Positions 1 to 8,988 of a DNA stretch of 64,000 nt are shown here, piece after piece. Under the pieces are notes generated by a model that was not told where the DNA came from, made no database searches, and worked only from the letters and a program-made list of their open reading frames with translations. Source of the stretch: an uncultured Thermoleophilia bacterium (GTDB lineage: Bacteria; Actinomycetota; Thermoleophilia; UBA2241); the NCBI GenBank assembly GCA_963702475.1, contig CAVPCT010000003.1, positions 768,001 to 832,000 of the forward strand. The letters run 5' to 3'. Every line of letters begins with the position of its first letter. Within the stretch, counting starts at the first letter, position 1. A program made the translations under genes and the position numbers.

Positions 1-300
1 CTCGAGGCAGTGGTCGGCGTCGAGGTGCACGTGAAGGGACGAGACGATCTCCTGGTGGTGCGTGTGCTGGCTCTCGGTGAGCTTGTCGGCCAGGTCGTGG
101 GAGTGGTGGTCGTAGACGAGCGTCACCGTACCCACGGCCTCCGCGTCGCCGAGCTCCCACTGCTCCTCGACCAGGGCGCCGCGGATGAGGTCCCGCAAGG
201 CTTCCGAACGGTTGACGTAGGCCTTCTCGGCGATGAGACGGTCGTAGCGGTCGAGCAGGCGCTCGTCGATGGAGACCCCGAAGCGCGCGAGGTTCGACAT
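1..300 (-). CDS. nikR: Nickel-responsive transcriptional regulator NikR (3' end outside window)
   Basis: Manual translation from ATG at 300: [40 protein letters not shown]...YDHHSHDL...[14 protein letters not shown]. It has the RHH N-terminus and the HxH...C nickel site. Not in the ORF track because it is truncated. Confidence 0.95.
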   Translation of the reverse strand, partial: MSNLARFGVSIDERLLDRYDRLIAEKAYVNRSEALRDLIRGALVEEQWELGDAEAVGTVTLVYDHHSHDLADKLTESQHTHHQEIVSSLHVHLDADHCLE

Positions 301-360
301 GTCGTCATCCCTCCAGTGTCCGCAGTGTGCCACTCAATGGTCGCAAGAATAGCACGGAAC

Positions 361-387
361 ATGCTACGGATCTCAAGGACGTAGTAC
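361..387. promoter_or_regulatory. Putative NikR operator
   Basis: ATGCTAC-N13-GTAGTAC imperfect palindrome between divergent nikR and nikMN. Extra GTAGCAC half-sites at 445-451 and 473-479. Confidence 0.55.
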
Positions 388-524
388 CAACCGCGAGTGG
401 CGTTGACACCTGCCGCAGGCTTCTCTAAAGTACCCAGCTGCGGGGTAGCACGAGTTCACAGTCCGTAACATCGTAGCACGTCACGGGCTGCTGCACAGGA
501 ATCATGCGGGGAGGAGCTCTCGCG

Positions 525-1589
525 ATGCACATGGCCGATGCGTTGATCTCTCCGGCCGTGGGCGGCGCCATGTGGGCCGCCACCGGCGTGACGATCGCCT
601 ATAGCGCGCGCAAGGTGCGCAACGAGCTGGACGAGAGCAAGATCCCCCTGATGGGCGTCGCCGGCGCCTTCGTCTTCGCTGCCCAGATGATCAACTTCAC
701 CATCCCCGGCACGGGCTCCAGCGGCCACCTCGGAGGGGCGCTGATGCTGGCCATACTCCTGGGGCCCGAGGCCGCGTTCCTCGTGATGGCCTCCATACTC
801 GCGGTGCAGGCGCTGTTCTTCGCCGACGGGGGGCTCCTCGCGCTCGGCTGCAACATCTTCAACCTCGGCTTCTTCCCGGCGTTCGTCGCCTACCCGCTCA
901 TCTACCGCAAGATGGTGGGAGACGGACCCGAGCTGGGCACAGGCCGCGTGTTCGGCGGCAGCATCCTGGCGGCCATCGTGGGCCTTCAGCTCGGTGCCTT
1001 CGCCGTCGTCCTCGAGACCACCGCCTCCGGTATCACCGAGCTGCCTTTCTCCACCTTCGTGCTGCTGATGCAGCCCATCCACCTTGCGATCGGCGTCGTC
1101 GAGGGCCTCGTGACGGCGGCGGTGGTGCTGTTCGTCTACCGCGCGCAACCCGAGCTGCTGGTCCGCAACGCGGCCCGCAAGCCTCTCGGCGGGCTGCGCC
1201 TCAAGCCGGTGATCATCGGGCTTGCCGTCGCCGCCGTCGTCACCGGCGTCGCCCTCTCGTGGTTCGCCTCCACCAACTCCGACGGCCTCGAGTGGGCCAT
1301 CGCCAGGGTCACGGGCACCGAGGAGGAGCTGCAGACCAGCTCGGCGGCGCACGAAGCCGCCGCCGGCGCGCAGGCACGCACGGCCATCTTGCCGGACTAC
1401 GCCCTGAAGACCGATGCGGCCGCCGAAGAGGCGGTCGTCGAAGAAGAGGGGCCGGTCTGGCCGGCGGTCGACGCCGGCACGAGCCTGTCGGGCGTGGTCG
1501 GCGGAGCCATCGTCGCGGGCATCGTCATGCTCATCGGCTTCCTGCTGTACCGGCGCTCGGCCGCGCGGCGCGCGAGGGCCGGCGCCTAG
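525..1589 (+). CDS. ECF-type Ni/Co transporter substrate component CbiM/NikM fused to a NikN-like (PDGLE) domain
   Basis: Starts MHMADALISP, contains GSSGHLGG, multiple TM helices, and a C-terminal SDGLEW motif; adjacent to nikR. Confidence 0.9.
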   Translation: MHMADALISPAVGGAMWAATGVTIAYSARKVRNELDESKIPLMGVAGAFVFAAQMINFTIPGTGSSGHLGGALMLAILLGPEAAFLVMASILAVQALFFADGGLLALGCNIFNLGFFPAFVAYPLIYRKMVGDGPELGTGRVFGGSILAAIVGLQLGAFAVVLETTASGITELPFSTFVLLMQPIHLAIGVVEGLVTAAVVLFVYRAQPELLVRNAARKPLGGLRLKPVIIGLAVAAVVTGVALSWFASTNSDGLEWAIARVTGTEEELQTSSAAHEAAAGAQARTAILPDYALKTDAAAEEAVVEEEGPVWPAVDAGTSLSGVVGGAIVAGIVMLIGFLLYRRSAARRARAGA

Positions 1590-1936
1590 CCTGGCCCGGC
1601 CGGCGGGCACGGCGCGCGCCGACCTCGCGCCGAGCGGGCCTTCGCCGCTGAGCCCCCGGCTGTGGTCGGGAGCCGGGCTGCGCAACGGTGTTGCACCCGG
1701 GCCGATCCTCGCGCGCCGGACGAGCAGCTCGTGGCAGGAGCCTCCCGCGGCTCCGCACCGCGTGTGCACGAAGCGATGACGGGCAGTGGACGCGGCGCCG
1801 CCCGGACGCGGACGCGCCGCCACGGGAGCCGGTGGCGTTGCCGGTCCTGATACGATTGGCTCCAGCTGCGCGTGATTGGTCAGGGCGGGGCGGGGCGCCT
1901 GCCGCGTCTCGAACGGCCCCGGACGTATGCACACGT

Positions 1937-2013
1937 GGGCCTATAGCTCAGTTGGTTAGAGCAGCCGACTCATAATCGGCCGGTCGCTGGTTCGAGTCCA
2001 GCTGGGCCCACCA
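1937..2013 (+). tRNA. tRNA-Ile2 (anticodon CAT, lysidine type; elongator Met less likely)
   Basis: GGGCCTATAGCTCAGTTGGTTAGAGCAGCCGACTCATAATCGGCCGGTCGCTGGTTCGAGTCCAGCTGGGCCCACCA: full cloverleaf, paired 1-72, encoded CCA. Confidence 0.95.
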
Positions 2014-2095
2014 GCCCACCAGCGTTGTCACAATGACAACGTTTCTCCCTGCAAAACAGCGTAGTCTGCGTACCCGTTCGTCCATCCGGATGGAG
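2008..2095 (+). repeat. Cassette junction 0 (attL-like): tRNA 3' end plus left arm
   Basis: CCACCA, duplicated GCCCACCA, then CGTTGTCA-CAA-TGACAACG-TTTCTCCCTGCAAAAC...TACCCGTTC...CATCCGGATGGAG. Homologous to 2922-3001 and 3798-3876. Confidence 0.85.
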
Positions 2096-2194
2096 AGGTG
2101 TATGCCCGCCTCCGGGCACGCGATGTCCGTGCCCGAGGGCGTAAGATGCAATCACCGGGAGTGAGGAGCCTTACGGAGTGGGAGGAGGCTTGAG

Positions 2195-2494
2195 GTGAGT
2201 CTTCAGATCGACGTGGATGCAGAGGGACTGGCTGCCTTCTGCCGGCGCAACGGCATCGGTCGCCTCTCCTTCTTCGGCTCCGTCTTGCGTGAAGACTTCG
2301 GTCCCGAGAGCGACGTCGATGTACTGGTCGAGTTCGTCCCCGACGCCAGGGTCGGGCTCTTCGAGTTCGTCGATCTGCAGCGCCAGCTCGGCGAACTGCT
2401 TGGACGCGACGTCGACCTGCACACGCCCGCGAGCCTCAGCCACTTCTTCCGCGATGACGTGATCGATTCCGCCGAGGTCGCCTATGCCGCATAG
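2195..2494 (+). CDS. Minimal nucleotidyltransferase (MNT) antitoxin
   Basis: FGSVLREDFGPESDVDVLV (GSx10DxD motif), 99 aa, overlaps a HEPN gene. Confidence 0.92.
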   Translation: MSLQIDVDAEGLAAFCRRNGIGRLSFFGSVLREDFGPESDVDVLVEFVPDARVGLFEFVDLQRQLGELLGRDVDLHTPASLSHFFRDDVIDSAEVAYAA

Positions 2495-2834
2495 GCGCGA
2501 CACTGTCTTCATCGCGCCGATGATCGAGGCGGCCGAGGCGGCAGTCGAGTTCTGCGACGGGCAGACTCCAGAGAGCCTCGCCGGCGACCGCCTCGTCGGC
2601 TTCGCCGTCGTGCGCGCCGTCCAGCTCGTAGGGCAGGCAGCACGCGGCGGATCCGAGGAGCTGCAGGCGGCTCACCCCGAGATCCCTTGGCGCGAGATGA
2701 TCGGCATGCGCAACGTCGTCGTGCACGACTACGCCGATGTCGACATGGCGCTCGTCTGGAAGACAGTGCACGACGACCTGCCTGGGCTCGTCGAACGGTT
2801 GAGGGTGATCATCGCCGAGGACGGCGGCGCCTGA
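2484..2834 (+). CDS. HEPN (DUF86/HepT-like) RNase toxin
   Basis: PEIPWREMIGMRNVVVHDY with Rx4H motif. Confidence 0.92.
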   Translation: MPHRRDTVFIAPMIEAAEAAVEFCDGQTPESLAGDRLVGFAVVRAVQLVGQAARGGSEELQAAHPEIPWREMIGMRNVVVHDYADVDMALVWKTVHDDLPGLVERLRVIIAEDGGA

Positions 2835-2895
2835 AGCAGTCCTTGCGGCGGCGAGGTCAGCCGGCGCCATCGTTCCCTCGGCAGACGGGGCCGCA

Positions 2896-3001
2896 GAAGC
2901 TCGAAAGCTGTCTCCTTAGGTCCACCAACCGTTGTCACAATGACAACGTTTCTCCTGCAAAACGGCGAAGTCCGCCTACCCGTTCTTCCATCCGCATGGA
3001 G
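2896..3001 (+). repeat. Cassette junction 1 (attP-like: right arm, core, left arm)
   Basis: GAAGCTCGAAAGCTGTCT-CCTTA-GGTCCACCA-ACCGTTGTCACAATGACAACGTTTCTCCTGCAAAAC...CTACCCGTTC...CATCCGCATGGAG. Confidence 0.85.
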
Positions 3002-3072
3002 CGACTGGGAAGACAGCGCGCCTGTGGCCAGTCGAGGCGCTCCCGGGTAGCATGAGCGAAGGAGGTGCCGAA

Positions 3073-3381
3073 GTGGTCGAGATCCTGGAGGACAAGCGTG
3101 AGGCTATTGCAGAGCTGTGTGCTCGCCACGGCGTCGTGCGTCTCGACGTGTTCGGATCTGCCCTGCGCGACGACTACCGTCCCGGCGAGAGCGATGTGGA
3201 CCTGCTCGTAGAGTTTGGGCCCATGGACGGCTACGCGAAAGCGGTCGCCTACTTCGACCTGCTCGAAGACCTGCGCAGCCTCCTCGGCGTCGAGGTCGAC
3301 CTCGTCATGGCCAGTGCCGTCAAGAACCGCTACATCGCGCGCGACATCGAACGCACGCGGCAGCTGCTCTATGCCGCGTAG
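3073..3381 (+). CDS. Minimal nucleotidyltransferase (MNT) antitoxin
   Basis: FGSALRDDYRPGESDVDLLVEF; GTG start after GGAGG. Confidence 0.92.
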   Translation: MVEILEDKREAIAELCARHGVVRLDVFGSALRDDYRPGESDVDLLVEFGPMDGYAKAVAYFDLLEDLRSLLGVEVDLVMASAVKNRYIARDIERTRQLLYAA

Positions 3382-3724
3382 CACCGCTGCCTACCTCGCT
3401 GACGTGGTCGATGCGTGCGACTCGATCAGCGAAGTACTCGAGGGTGTCGATCTCGAGACCTACCGCGCCAGGCGTCCGATCCGCTCTGCTGTGGAGCGCG
3501 AGTTCGTCATCATCGGTGAGGCCGTGTCGGCGCTGACCCGCCAAGCTCCCGAGGTCGCGGCCGGCATCTCCCGTGCGCGCCTCATCGTCGGCTTCCGCAA
3601 CCAGGTCGTGCACGAGTATGCGACCATCGATGACGAGGCCGTGTTTGCGATCGCCCGGCATGACGTGTCAGTCCTCCGTGATGAGTGCGCGGCGCTCCTC
3701 GGCCAGATCGCAGGGGAGGACTGA
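3371..3724 (+). CDS. HEPN (DUF86/HepT-like) RNase toxin
   Basis: MPRSTAAYLADVVDAC...AVEREFVIIGEA...FRNQVVHEY (Rx4H). Confidence 0.92.
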   Translation: MPRSTAAYLADVVDACDSISEVLEGVDLETYRARRPIRSAVEREFVIIGEAVSALTRQAPEVAAGISRARLIVGFRNQVVHEYATIDDEAVFAIARHDVSVLRDECAALLGQIAGED

Positions 3725-3776
3725 CACGACACCACTGGTCTCTTCAGGGGCATCCATGCTGCCTGAACCCCGCCGA

Positions 3777-3876
3777 GAAGTTCGAAAGCTGTCTGGTCCA
3801 CCAACGTTGTCAGAATGACAACGTTTCTCCCTGCAAACGGCCGATCTCTGCCTACCCGTTCGACCATGCGCATGCG
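3777..3876 (+). repeat. Cassette junction 2 (attP-like)
   Basis: GAAGTTCGAAAGCTGTCT-GGTCCACCA-ACGTTGTCAGAATGACAACGTTTCTCCCTGCAAAC...CTACCCGTTC...CATGCGCATG. Confidence 0.85.
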
Positions 3877-4020
3877 CCCACGATCAGCGGCGCCCCCCCC
3901 AGCGTCTTGCGAGCGGACCGCCGCCGGGGGAGACTGGACACCTCAGCGCAGGAGGCCACGGACGCACCAAGGTCCCGCTACGGGAACTACGCCGCTTGGC
4001 TGCGGGGACGGAGGTCATGC

Positions 4021-4233
4021 ATGTCGGTCACCTTCATGATCGAACTGGAGCAAGAGGCCGATGGCCGCTGGATCGCCGAAGTGGTCGAGTTGCCGGGGGT
4101 GCTCGCCTACGGCGCCACCGACAGCGAAGCCATCGCGCGCGTGCAGGCGCTCGCCCTGCGGGTCGTGGCGGACCGCCTGGAGCACGACGAGACCGATCGC
4201 TCCCTGCTGGACATCTCCTTCAAGGCTGCATGA
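4021..4233 (+). CDS. hicB: HicB family antitoxin (short form, no DNA-binding domain)
   Basis: MSVTFMIELEQEADGRWIAEVVELPGVLAYGATDSEA; partial RNase H fold signature. Confidence 0.88.
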   Translation: MSVTFMIELEQEADGRWIAEVVELPGVLAYGATDSEAIARVQALALRVVADRLEHDETDRSLLDISFKAA

Positions 4234-4442
4234 CGGAGTGGCCGAGCACGCGAGCGCGGCTCGTGCTCGCCGCGCTGCTCCGCATCGGCTGGGAGGTCAA
4301 GCGCCAGTCGGGCTCGCACAAGGTACTCGCTCGCCCCGGCCGGCCCGACGTGGTCTTCGCCTTCCACGACGGTGACGAGATCGGGCCACGCATGCTCGCG
4401 AGGATCGCGAAGCACACGGGGCTGAGACCGGAAGACCTGTAG
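4230..4442 (+). CDS. hicA: HicA family mRNA interferase toxin
   Basis: LLRIGWEVKRQSGSHKVL...HDGDEIGPRMLARIAK; ATGA overlap with hicB. Confidence 0.9.
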   Translation: MTEWPSTRARLVLAALLRIGWEVKRQSGSHKVLARPGRPDVVFAFHDGDEIGPRMLARIAKHTGLRPEDL

Positions 4443-4480
4443 GACCACTCTCCTCACTCTCGCCGTCCAATCTGGCTCGA

Positions 4481-4512
4481 GGAGTCCGAAAGCTGTCTTG
4501 TCAGGCTCACCA
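4481..4512 (+). repeat. Cassette junction 3 (attR-like: right arm and core only)
   Basis: GGAGTCCGAAAGCTGTCT-TGTCA-GGCTCACCA, not followed by the left arm. Confidence 0.75.
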
Positions 4513-4689
4513 AACCCCCCGTGCCACCGCGCGCCACGACGCTCTCTGCTCGCGCCACACGCCGCGCCGAAGCTCACACCGAGGTGAGCACGTCGTCGTG
4601 GCGGCGAGGCGCCCGTGACGGGATCGGCGAGGACGGTCCCTTGGCCAGGGTCGCCACAGACGCGGTGCCGTGCTCACGCGTGAAGTCCG

Positions 4690-5240
4690 CGCGCACCTGA
4701 CGGTTGAGACGCGTGTTCTTCCTGTAGCCAGGTTGCTGACGAGATTGCGGAGAGGCTGGCGGCCGCTCCACATGCCTCCGCCCACCCGCTCCGCTATGCG
4801 GGGCAGGGAGTAGAACCGCCGCGTGCACGGGTCCATCTCGGCGACGATCTGCGCGGTCGACAGCTGAGCCTACCGGGCGACGGGGAGGGCCAGTGTGTAG
4901 TGCTGCCAGTCCTCCGGCGAGCGGTCGAGAAGCACGCGGTCGTCCGCTTTCATCCGGTCCCAGAGGCGAGTACCCGGCAGCGGCGTCAGGAACAGTGCGT
5001 TGAGCGTGTCACACGGCAGACGCTCGCCGTCGTGGCGACACGCCGGCCGATGCCGGGTCGGTCCACGTCCAGGCCGATCACGAAGGACCCGGCCACGAGG
5101 ATCCTGTGCCGCTGGATGCGTCGCGCGGAGGCCCGGAAGTCGCGATCTCCCTGGGCATTCAATCTCTTGCCGAGCTCCCTGAGCCCCTCGGGAGAGGGGG
5201 ACTCGAAGCCGATGAACTCCAGCGGTTCTCTTTGACGCGC
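4690..5240 (-). pseudogene. Remnant C-terminal half of a B12-binding radical SAM protein
   Basis: FIGFESPSPEGLRELGKRLN...RRIQRHRILVAGSFVIGLDVDRPG, then a frameshift to DTLNALFLTPLPGTRLWDRM...DWQHY, an in-frame TAG and a further frameshift. No N-terminal half. Ends approximate. Confidence 0.7.
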
Positions 5241-5348
5241 AGGATGCTGCCCTGCGGGTCGGACGGGTCGATCAGGAGGAGACGCATGGCGTGTCACGCA
5301 CCTTCCGCCGCGCATGCTCACCGGAGCCATGTCGGCGGTGAAGCCCGG

Positions 5349-5543
5349 TCAGGTCCGGCGCCTGTTCGCCGGCGACGGGCACAAGGCGTCGTGCACCGAG
5401 CAGCAAGGTCCGGGGTTGTAGGCCGAGAGCAGGGTCGTGCAGCCGGGTGACGCGCACACGCGCCCGTACCCGTACTCGGCGATCCGGTCGCCGGCCTTGC
5501 CGGTTGCAGGGGGCAAGAAGCTCCCTGGGGTGCGGGACTTCAA
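5349..5543 (-). CDS. Small hypothetical Cys/His (putative Zn-binding) protein
   Basis: YGYGRVCASPGCTTLLSAYNPGPCCSVH; Cx4C...CxxH spacing. Start uncertain (TTG). Confidence 0.55.
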   Translation of the reverse strand: MKSRTPGSFLPPATGKAGDRIAEYGYGRVCASPGCTTLLSAYNPGPCCSVHDALCPSPANRRRT

Positions 5544-5607
5544 GAGATCGGGGGGGCGAGGCGACGACAGTCCATGGGGACCCTTCTGTTGGCGGGGACG
5601 GAGCCGG

Positions 5608-7002
5608 TCAGCCGGCCGTGGGGGCGGGCGGTGTCGGGCGACGAACGGCCGCGAGCGTGCGCAGGTACTCGCGGTTGCAGCGGTCTCTGGCCCAGCGACG
5701 CGCGTACCACCAGCACCAGGTGTGGTCGCGCAGGCTGAGCCAGCGGCGTTCTGCGAGGCACGTGAGCCACTGGCGCGTGGAGTAGAAGCGTCGGTACCCC
5801 TCCAGCACGGCCGCCTGGAGCGTGGACGGATCCATGGCGGCGGGCGTGATGACGACGTGCTGCCCGTCGTAGAGCTGCCAGCGCCTGTCGAAGATGCGAC
5901 CTGCGCCGTCCACCTCGTCGAACCAGCCGGTGCCCGGCGCCGGGGTGAGCACGTTCAGCATGACCGTGTCGATGCGGTGGTGCAGGGCGAAGTCCACGGT
6001 GCGGCGCATGGTGGCCGCGTCGTCGCCGTCGGCTCCGAGGACGAACATGCCGTGCACGCGGATGCCGTGGCGGTGGATGGCGTCGATGGCCGCCACGATG
6101 TCGGTGACGGTTTGCGACTTGTGCAGCGCGTCCAGGGTGGCCTGGTCCACCGACTCCAGGCCCAGGCCCAGGGTCTCGCAGCCGGAACGTCGCATGAGAT
6201 CGAGCAGCTCACCGTCCCTCGCGGCATCCGTTCGCACCTGCGCCTGCCAGGGGATCACGAGACCGCGCCCGATCAGGGCGCGCAGCAGGGTCTTGAGGCG
6301 TCCGCGGTCGGCGGCGAAGTTGTCGTCGTAGAAGAAGATGTGCGACGGGCGCTTGCGCTCGATCTCGTCGACCACGCTCGCCGCGCTGCGGAAGCGGTAC
6401 TTGCGCCCGAACATCGCCGTGACCGAGCAGAAGCTGCAGGCGAAGGGGCAGCCCAGGCTGGTCATGATGGGGGTGGAGCGCATGCGTTCGTGCCCGACGA
6501 TGAGGGACAGGTCGGGCACGGGCAGGTCGTCGAGGTCCTCGCAGGCGGGCCGCACCGCGTTGTGGACGTGCCGCCCGTGGCGCGTGAACGAGAGGCCGGC
6601 GATCGATGCCAGATCGCGCTCGCCGCGCAGCGCGGCGAGCAGCTCGATCACGAGCTGGTCGCCGCCCTCGCCGCGCGCCACGTAGTCGGCGTGCGCGAGC
6701 GCCTCGTCGGCCATGAACGTGACGTGCGAGCCGCCGATGATCACCGGCACGCCCCGGCTGCGGAGGCGGTCGGCCATCGCGTACGCGGCCGGGGCCGTGG
6801 ACGTGGTCGTCGAGAACCCGACGATGCCCGCACCGAGCACGTCGTCCCAGTCTACGGGGGCCAGCTGCTCGCAGTAGATGCGCACGTCGTGGCCTGCGTC
6901 GGCAAGTGCGGCGCCGATGATCGGCAGCCCGAGACGTGGGTAGCGCCAGGGCGACATGAGGTGGACGCTCGGCGCCCTCGGCTCGATCAGGCGGATCTTC
7001 AC
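5608..7002 (-). CDS. B12-binding domain radical SAM protein
   Basis: IIGGSHVT cobalamin-domain motif, GCPFACSFC cluster motif, FYDDNF, LGLES. Confidence 0.92.
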   Translation of the reverse strand: MKIRLIEPRAPSVHLMSPWRYPRLGLPIIGAALADAGHDVRIYCEQLAPVDWDDVLGAGIVGFSTTTSTAPAAYAMADRLRSRGVPVIIGGSHVTFMADEALAHADYVARGEGGDQLVIELLAALRGERDLASIAGLSFTRHGRHVHNAVRPACEDLDDLPVPDLSLIVGHERMRSTPIMTSLGCPFACSFCSVTAMFGRKYRFRSAASVVDEIERKRPSHIFFYDDNFAADRGRLKTLLRALIGRGLVIPWQAQVRTDAARDGELLDLMRRSGCETLGLGLESVDQATLDALHKSQTVTDIVAAIDAIHRHGIRVHGMFVLGADGDDAATMRRTVDFALHHRIDTVMLNVLTPAPGTGWFDEVDGAGRIFDRRWQLYDGQHVVITPAAMDPSTLQAAVLEGYRRFYSTRQWLTCLAERRWLSLRDHTWCWWYARRWARDRCNREYLRTLAAVRRPTPPAPTAG

Positions 7003-7041
7003 GGCGCTCCTCTCGCGGTCACCTGCAACGTACCCGCCACG

Positions 7042-8166
<1,125 letters not shown>

Positions 8167-8400
8167 GGGTGTCTCCTGCCGTTGGTCCCGCGCCCTGGGT
8201 GATGGACGGTACGCGCACGGTGGGGCCGGGGCGCCGACATCCGCCGCTCGCGACGGGCGACGCGGGCGCCGAGTCTGATGGTAGAGACGTCAGGCGACGT
8301 TCGGAGCGAGATAGTAAGTGTAACAGGCCGGCGCGTGCGGCGCTGTGTCGGTCGTCTTGCCGCATGACGGCGTGAAGCCTGGGAAGGGTACCATCCTGCG

Positions 8401-8409
8401 TGCTATACT
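8401..8409 (+). promoter_or_regulatory. Extended -10 promoter element for the csp gene
   Basis: TGCTATACT about 110 nt upstream of the ATG, consistent with a long csp 5' UTR. Confidence 0.45.
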
Positions 8410-8520
8410 GCCGGCGACGGGTCGAGTGGGCCCGCGGAATGTCGACGTGTCGAGCCGCACGTTCGGAGCGGATCTCACGTCATTTCTTGTCCCCGCATGG
8501 GGCGGAAGGAACAGATCAGC

Positions 8521-8727
8521 ATGGCGACAGGCAAAGTGAAGTGGTTCAACGCCGAAAAGGGCTACGGGTTCATCGAGCAGGAAGGCGGCGACGACCTCTT
8601 CGTTCACTTCTCGGCGATCCAGGGTGACGGCTACAAGTCCCTCCAGGAGGGGCAGGCCGTATCCTTCGAGTCCGGCACCGGCCGGAACGGCAAGCCTCAG
8701 GCGACGGAGGTCCGCGTCATCTCCTGA
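8521..8727 (+). CDS. cspA: Cold shock protein
   Basis: [18 protein letters not shown]...[10 protein letters not shown] (RNP1/RNP2). Confidence 0.95.
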   Translation: MATGKVKWFNAEKGYGFIEQEGGDDLFVHFSAIQGDGYKSLQEGQAVSFESGTGRNGKPQATEVRVIS

Positions 8728-8746
8728 GCGCCACCGCTTGTACTGC

Positions 8747-8792
8747 AACGGGGCGCGTGCGGCTCACCGAGCCGCACGCGCCCCGTTCGTTT
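8747..8792 (+). terminator. Intrinsic terminator after csp
   Basis: AACGGGGCGCGTGCGGCTC-ACC-GAGCCGCACGCGCCCCGTT perfect 19-bp stem followed by CGTTT. Confidence 0.8.
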
Positions 8793-8988
8793 GCGCGATC
8801 CCCACGCGCCTCAGGGCCCCGGCCCGTTCCCACACCGGCTGTAGAGACCGCGCCTCTCGGTCAGATGGCGCCCATCACAGCCACGGGTCCGCCCGCGGCC
8901 GTCGTGGCGCCTGCTCGGAGATCTCCGCCAGCGCCTGCCCGACGCGGTGCCGGTGGCACCTCAGGCCGGGGTGTCGATAGCGGAGCGG

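Larger units (their letters stand above)
2014..4512 (+). mobile_element. Tandem array of three non-autonomous TA mini-cassettes at the tRNA 3' end
   Basis: Units 2014-2927, 2928-3803 and 3804-4512. Each starts with the shared left arm and ends with a shared right arm plus GGYYCACCA resembling the tRNA end. Confidence 0.75.

Noticed and set aside
1682-1694. GCAACGGTGTTGC as a possible ANTAR hairpin
   Set aside because: Single hairpin with a 3-nt loop, no partner hairpin or terminator.
2008-4512. CRISPR array or classical integron interpretation of the repeats
   Set aside because: Spacing is 0.7-0.9 kb with whole genes between repeats. There is no cas or intI gene and no recognisable attC R-box/L-box structure.
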